The notes under the pieces: model-generated
Database searches by the model: none
The model's input: the letters and a program-made list of their open reading frames with translations, nothing else
Told to the model about the DNA's origin: nothing
Assembly: GCF_009914755.1 (NCBI RefSeq)
Contig: NC_060932.1
Length of the DNA stretch: 64,000 bases
Source of the DNA: the human T2T-CHM13v2.0 reference genome, Homo sapiens
Reading direction: 5' to 3' (one strand)
Program-made: the position numbers and the translations under genes
Shown here: positions 57,073 to 64,000 of the stretch, in pieces
Position numbering within the stretch: position 1 is the first letter of the stretch
Layout: each line of letters begins with the position of its first letter

Positions 57073-57493
57073 TATATTAGTCCATTCCCATTTACTGCTG
57101 TAAAGAAATAACTAAGATTGGGTAATTTATAAAGAAAAGAGGTTTAATTGGCTAGAGTTACAAAGGCTATACAGGAAGCATGATGCTGACATCTGCTTGA
57201 CTTCTGGGGAGGCTTCAGGCAACTTATAATCATGGCAGAAGGTGAAAGGGAAGCAGGTACATCTTACATGGCTGGAATAGGAGCAAGAGCGAGAAGGAGG
57301 AGATGCCACACACTTTTAAACAACCAGATCTCAGGAGAACTCACTATTGTGATGACAGCACCATGGGGGATGGTGTTAAACCATAAGAAACTGTCCTCAT
57401 GATCCAATCACCTTCCATCAGGCCCCATCTCCAACATTGGGGATTACAATTTGACATGAGATTTGGGCAGGGACACAGATCCAACCCATATCA
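57073..57493 (-). mobile_element. MSTA/MSTB solo LTR
   Basis: tatattagtccattc..ggtaatttataaagaaaagaggtttaattggct..gagatttgggcagggacacagatccaa.ccatatca. Confidence 0.88.
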
Positions 57494-57550
57494 GATGGGA
57501 TTAAGTTAAATATTTTGAATAGGGAGGTCACCCTGAATTATTTGCATGGG

Positions 57551-57915
57551 CATCTTACTAAGTTTTGGCTGCTATAATCCAATCCTGTAGACTGGGTGGC
57601 TTAAAAAACAGAAATTAATATTTTACAGTTCTGATGGCTGGGGAGTCCAAGATCAAGGTACCAGCAGATTTGGTGTTTGATGAAGACACTATTCCTGGTG
57701 TGTAGACAGCTGTTTTCTTGTTCTGTCCTCACATGGCAGAAAAGTAAAGATTACCTCTCTTGTTTCTTTTTATAAGGGCACTAATCCCATTCAAGAGGTC
57801 TCTACCCTAATGACCTAATTGTCTTCAAAGGTTCCACCTTTAAATACCATAACATCAAGGGATTTAAGCTTCAACATATGGATTCTGGGGGGATACAAAC
57901 ATTTAGTTTATAATA
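57551..57915 (-). mobile_element. MLT1A solo LTR
   Basis: ggctgctataa..agactgggtggcttaaa..gtccaagatcaagg..tataagggcactaatcccattc..ttcaacatatggattctgggggg. Confidence 0.85.
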
Positions 57916-58249
57916 GTGGGCCTGAAGTAATCATAGGGTTCCTTGTAAGAGGGATGCAGGAGGATCAGATTGTGTAGAAAGAGATGTGACCACGGAAGCA
58001 AGAGATTGTAAAGTGACTTGGGAAAGTTACTAACTTGGCAAACCTCAGTTTTATCATCTACAACATGCAAGTGTAATACCCACATCACAGGGTCATTATG
58101 AAATAAAATGCCTTGTATATTTGTGTTTTGAATCAATACATAAAAGTTTCTATTTAAATTTCATAAATTTCCTCTTATTTATTTTGGCCCCAATTTTTTC
58201 TTCAGTCTGGGGAAAGAAAAGGCAAAATCTACTAAAATCTTTATTCTAA

Positions 58250-59090
58250 TATTCAATGGATATTTATGTACCTTTTTAGGTATTCATTTAGGTCATTGAC
58301 AACATTATAAGAAATAACAAGACCAAATACAAAACCCTAGAGACCCCCTTCCAGGTGGATTCTTATCCATATTTAACATTATTCAACCATCTACAAATCC
58401 AGTTAAAATGAGCCTGCAAATATGGCCTTGATTCATATAGTATATTTATCCTTGGATCATGTAGAAAAGCTTTTAAACTGCTTTGCTAAAATCCTATATG
58501 GTATCTATGACAATTCCTTAAACTGATGGTTACTTGGGCAATTCCTTTCCTTAGTGAACCCACTTGGAACCTATGGAACCTCTTGACCACCTCTTTCTTT
58601 CCTAAATATTGGCAACCTATAAACCATTTTAGAATTTTTCTAGATATAGATATGAAGTTTATTCTGTGGTATTTTCTATGGCTTATCTTTTGAAGAGAGA
58701 GGCATTTTACCCCAAGTCTTAATATATTTTCATTTCTCTGATTTCTCCTGGGGAATCTATTTGGGTCCCTGATTGCACCTGCACATTCCCTTTGTATCCT
58801 GAGATATAATATGTCTTGGTCTGAAAGTTTGATACCATCTACTGTGACCAAGTACTTTATTTTCCTCTGTATCTTGGGATTCAGTTCCTGCTTAACAATG
58901 TTAGTCCTTTCTACACAGTTTGAAGATCATTTCAAAAGTTAACATTGCCAGATAGTTTTGTACTCTCAATTGTTTTAAGGCGTCAGTTTCTATACCAAAT
59001 TGGAAGTATTGTTTGGCAATATGATTAACAGATTGAATTTCACTTAGACAAATTTTGTTTTCCCTGTAAATTATATTTTTATTCATTAGA
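58250..59090 (-). mobile_element. L3/CR1 LINE reverse-transcriptase relic
   Basis: ORF 58486-58851 contains KYHRINFISISRKILKWFI..QVGSLRKGIAQVTISL, a decayed form of the CR1 RT motif NYRPVSLTSIPGKIMEQII..QHGFTKGKSCLTNLIS. Confidence 0.6.
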
Positions 59091-59899
59091 GTTCATACAT
59101 TTCTGATAGCAAGTAACATTTTTCTGCCTTGACTTTATTTAAAAAACACAGTGTAGAAATCTTCATTTCACTTAACTTTTGAATCATTCCTATGATAAGG
59201 GTGACTTGGGATTGTTAGTATGTTACACTGGAGTTAAATTAGTTCTTGTATTTTAAGATATTCATTTTCTTAGTAAGTGAAAATGTAAAATGTGTACCTG
59301 GCACAATTTCGCGAGGGAAAAACTCACTGAAATGTGTTAATGGCCCCTTTTCTCAGCTCCAGAAATAGCTGCTATGTGCTCTTTCATCTTGTGTGTGAAA
59401 TACCAGACCTTCCCCTGAAGTCCTCTCCAAGGACATCAACTCTGTCTATTGAACTAATTTTATAACAAGACTACTTAATTTTTTACTAAACAAGGAAACT
59501 ATAGGACAGAAAGAGAGAATTTCTCATTAATTAGTTCACTCCAAAATTAGTGTTAAGAAGCCATATTTGGCATATTTTATTTTATATTACCAGTAAATGG
59601 TAAGCATTTTTTTTTCTATTTTTGCTTTATGTAGAGATACTCAGCTATGTTAGAGTAACTAGGTAAGTGTCCTTCACTCTGTGGAAGAAAAATTTCTAGA
59701 AAACTAACTCTTAAAAAACACTGATTGACATGATCAATTTGAAAATGATACCACCGGGGTCTACATTTCTGAGTGTCTTGTCCTTCTGACTGGGAAGGGT
59801 AAAATGGGGGTATCTTGAGTAGTAATGGTTGTAGTAACAAATCCTGGGCATCTTCTCCTGTGTCAGGGACTGAACAAAGCACAGGGTGTCATCACATTC

Positions 59900-60065
59900 A
59901 GTCTTCCTGGCAGCACCGTAAAGCAGGTGTTATTTTTATAGCCATTTTGTAGAAAAAGAAGCATAGGATCCGAGAGGTTAACAGCATTGCCCAGCTCGAC
60001 AGTTATCAACTGATAAAGTCTGAATTTTAAAATAAGTGTCTGACTTCAGATACTGCTCTTAAGTG
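59900..60065. mobile_element. MIR
   Basis: ccattttgtagaaaaagaagc..gagaggttaacagcattgcccag. Confidence 0.65.
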
Positions 60066-60460
60066 TTATGTAATACATTTTTCTGACTTTTGCACCATCG
60101 AAGACATCCCTAGAATTTCATTTCTCCTGCAGGTGGTGACTCCTGTGTTTGTCCTGGGAGTCTCTAAGATGTGCCCCATGGGTACTCATTCATAACTCTA
60201 CAGTTAGCTCTGGGAAACTTCCATTTCTCCACTCTTACTCAATCTTATCTCAGTGATGACTGTTGCCAAGGCCTGCTCCATCCTCAGAATCTTCTGAAGA
60301 AGGCTCCTCCCTGCTCTCTGTTCTGGAGGGAGGATGAAAGCATGTCATGGGGGCTGTCTCCTAATATCTCCCAAAGGTACAAGCTGTCTACCCTGCCTGA
60401 TTATGCTGCCCTCTCCACCAGAGTCATGAGGGTTCTGGGCTCCATCACCACCTATGCAGG

Positions 60461-60822
60461 TGATATGATTTGGCTGTGTCCCCACCCAAATCTCATTTTG
60501 AATTGTAGCTCCCATAATTCTCATGTGTCATGGGAGGGACCTGCTGGGAGATAATTGAATCATGGGGGCAGTCTTTCCCATGCTATTCTTGTGACAGTGA
60601 ATAAGTCTCCTGAGATCTGTTGGTTTTATAAAGGGGAGTTCCCCTATACAAGGTTTTCTTGCCTGCTGCCATATAGACGTGTCTTGCTTCCCCTTCGCCT
60701 TCTGCCATGATTGTGAGGCCTCCCCAGCCATGTGGAACTGTGAGTCAATTAAATCTCTTTCCTTGATAAATTACCCAGTCTCAGTTATGTCTTTATTAGC
60801 AGCGTAAGAACGAACTAATACA
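60461..60822 (+). mobile_element. THE1B/C solo LTR, TSD GCAGG/GCCGG
   Basis: tgatatgatttggctgtgtccccacccaaatctca...gaactaataca. Confidence 0.93.
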
Positions 60823-62029
60823 GCCGGAAAAGGGAATGGCTGTGTCATGAGAGCAGCAATTACGCTGGAACCTTCAGGGGCCAGACCTCCCAGTCTCTTC
60901 CTTTACCCCCATGCCTACCAGAAAATGCCTTAACAATACCTCATGTGCTCTTTTCTTCTTTTCTCTCTCTCTCATTAAAAAAAAAAAAAAAAAAAACTTG
61001 GAATGCCTTTTATCCCTCCAATTCTCCTTTACTTGGTAAGGTCTTCTTCGCTGTTTAAGATCCAAGTCAGGGACCACTATGTCTCAGAACACTTCCACAA
61101 CTATTTTCCCAACTTATAGGGGTTGGGTGCCCTCCACCGTGCTTCCATAATGGCTTTTACTTATCTCTAATACTGCCCTGACATGGTGTATTCTGAATAT
61201 TGTATATATATATATACGTTTACTTCCCTAGACAATTAACTGCATTATGCAATCTAAGCACAGACTGTTATCCATCTTTGTGTCCTAGCACAGTGCCAGG
61301 CATGTTGCACTAGGTCAATAAGTATTAAATAATACATCACTCCTATATTTCTAGCTAGAATAACTGGGAGGATTGATGACAAAATAAATCTTTAAGTTTC
61401 CCTTGACCTTGTCCCAGTTCCTGCCTTTATTTCTTATCTAGACCCCTGAAACAACCTCTCAAGTCTTTTTTTTTTAATCATGGTTAAATGCATATACTTT
61501 GAATTTACCATTTCAGCCATTTTTAAGTGTACACAGCTTTTCAACTCTTAACCTGTGCTCCTGACTTCAGAACATCCTCCTCAAAGCCACCTTTTGCTTG
61601 GTCACCCAAGTGAACTAAAACCATGTCACCCTGCTATTTAAAACCCTTCACTGACTCCTCTTCACCTTCTGAACATCATTAAGTCAATACTTTAAAAAAT
61701 GTCATTTCACATTCGTGTTTGCAACTCCTCAAACCCATGCAAGTGTATGGCAATAGGCTTGCAGGAAGTTTGTGTGGGGCTGCCGTGAGTAATTATCACT
61801 GTTTACGGGTCATTTTGACTGGGATGTCTAGCCATGACATTAAGTCCAGTCTATCCCAAATGATCACAGTATCTCCCAACAAGGTGACTTATCTTCCCAA
61901 CTTCTTCCATGTTTTTCTAGGTTAGAAACCTGAAAGTTATTTTTGATTCTCCTATGCCATTGTCTTCTAATAGCCTGGCTCTCAAGTTGTGTTTCTTCGC
62001 CCTTTGAAATATTTTGTACAGCTTGCTTC

Positions 62030-63250
62030 TAATCTCTGCCACTTTGTAGCTTTGCTATCTTGGGTGAGTTACTTAACCCCTCCATACCTAGTCTTCCTCA
62101 TATGTAGAATGAGATAAAAAATATGTTTTTTTTTCTTTCTTGGAAATCTCTCCTTATCTTCTAGGCAGGGGTTGTTGTGAACATAAGTTAATACATGTAA
62201 GACACAGCAGTATCTGGCATTTATTGAGTGCTGAATAAATGTTAGACATGATTGTTACTATTATTACGTCCAACGTCATTACCTCAGTATGCAATTATTA
62301 TGATGTTCTCCTAGCTACTCTCCTTACCCATCACCTATTTTTCTTGAATGAACCTTCTAATCATCCTTCTAAAACCACTTGAATCATATTTTTCTGCTGA
62401 AGAATTTATAAGGACTTCATGCTACTTATTTAATTGAGCCTCAATTTTCTGCTTCGTTTTTTCCTACATCATGGCCTTTCCTTTCCTTTCATTCATTCAT
62501 GCAACAAACATGTGACAAGCTTTGTGCTAAGCAACAGGGACATGATGATAGATAAGACATTGTTCCTGCCCTGAGGGAAATTATAATCCTTTTGTCAGAC
62601 AGCTACAGCATAATGCTGAGAACACAAGGCTCCATGGGAAGCCATAGGAGGAACACCTAGCCCAACCTGAACTCAAGACATAGAAAGGAATTGGCCAAAC
62701 AAAGACAACAGGTGGGTGAGGTGGCAGATGGGAGGTTGAGGAATGATTCAGAGAAGAGCATGCCAGGTAGGAGTAACAGCTTATACACTGAGAAATACAA
62801 ACACCTAGGTAGTTTATATAAAGGCGTAGCGTTTTGTGGGAAACATGCTGCACTCAGAGAATGTCAAATAAGTCCGTGGCTGGGGAGGAGAATGCAGAGT
62901 GGAGAAGGGCAAGAGATGAAGCTGAAGAGGTGAGTGAAAACTACACTATCATAAGCCTCATGTTGAGCTTTCTCCAGAGGCAAGAGGAGAGTCATGGAGC
63001 AGTTTTAAGCAGAGGAGTTAGTTTCATGGTCAATTTGATATTAGGAGGGTCATTCTGTAGAGGATGAGCCAGCCAAGAATGGAGTCAGGAAGAGCCATTA
63101 GGAAGTTGTTACAGGAAAAGAGCTGAGCCCTAATGAGGTCTTGAGTTAAGGTGAAGGCTATGGGGTTGAGGAGAAATGGATAGATTTGAGATTTGACCTA
63201 ATGAGAGTGGTAGCTCTGAGTAGATTAGTGGGAGATGTGGAAAGACTATT
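62030..63250. mobile_element. MIR (62030-62260) and reverse L2 (62490-63250) fragments
   Basis: cttgggtgagttacttaacc; ttcattcattcatgcaacaaaca..gagcagttttaagcagagg. Confidence 0.6.
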
Positions 63251-64000
63251 GAAAGCAGCAAGAGTAGGCTTGGTCAGTCTCACTTTGGAGGGAGCCCACG
63301 CCTCTTCAATATTCCTTTCTCTGTGACGCTCACCTGTTAAGCCTATGGCCCAGTCAAAGTCTTCCCATCCTTGAAGTCTCTCCACCTTCACAAAATGTGC
63401 CAAGACCTATATGAAGTCATTCCTCACTGAATTCTGCTTTCTTTCACTTCCATCACCCAAATCCCATAATTTAGCTCTGAATTATATCTTATCCATTGGG
63501 TGTCTGATAGATTTGTGTTTAAATTGTCTTGCTGGTTATATTATAAGCTCCTTAAGGGTAGGAGCTACATCTTAATCTTCTTACAATTGTCAAGGCCAAC
63601 ACATCATTGGACGTGCCAGGCAAGCTGTTCTCAACCCCTCTTCCTCTTCTGTGACACTCATGAAAGGTGATGTTCACATATCCTTCGAGCAAAATCTGGG
63701 TGCCACTGTAACTCCCCCCATTGTATCCCACTCAAGAAAGCAAATCAGAATGATTGCATGCATTTTAGGGATAATTTAAAATGTGATCCAATTTACAAAG
63801 AGGAAAGTAAAATCATGCACTAACTTCAGTAGATTAGTAATGGTACTATTGATGGTAACAAATTACCTCTTAGCGGGTGTGCAATGATGCCAGTGTTGAA
63901 AGCCACAGACAGATAGTAAGTTACCCAAGGGCAGGGATCACGTCTTCCTCGTGGTTACTTGGTCAGCACAGCACACACCTGCCAGAGGGGTAACCAAAAG

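Larger units (their letters stand above)
56975..58010 (+). mobile_element. MLT1C/D LTR split into three pieces by two later MaLR LTRs
   Basis: Collinear pieces at 56975-57072, 57494-57550 and 57916-58010. Confidence 0.7.

Noticed and set aside
59305-59320. Isolated TTTCGCGAGG (E2F/BANP-like)
   Set aside because: A single imperfect motif in CpG-poor DNA with no promoter context.

Overview
Primate (almost certainly human) genomic DNA, AT-rich and dense in repeats. The only host-gene coding sequence I can support is the first coding exon of CPA6 (carboxypeptidase A6) on the minus strand (ATG at 34564, donor after 34449, 116 nt, [39 protein letters not shown]). The supplied ORF track misses this exon. 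Positions 1-34448 are CPA6 intron 1 and everything above about 34.8 kb is promoter and upstream DNA. The rest is Alu, L1, L2, L3, MIR, solo LTRs (LTR7, LTR1, MER4, MER41, MER57, MER39, MER21, MaLR) and DNA-transposon relics. Repeat family names come from recalled consensus sequences, not from a RepeatMasker run. I find no new gene family, RNA gene or CRISPR-like system. The best leads are: (i) a strong 3' splice site inside the CPA6 5' UTR, paired with an upstream co-oriented solo LTR1 that carries a TATA box and a GTAAGA donor, suggesting an LTR-driven alternative first exon; (ii) a three-piece scrambled L1PA7-like insertion within one target-site duplication; (iii) a CpG-retaining, promoter-like L2 relic in intron 1; (iv) a sense-oriented solo LTR7; (v) a micro-inversion through a MER44 and two short dispersed local duplications.
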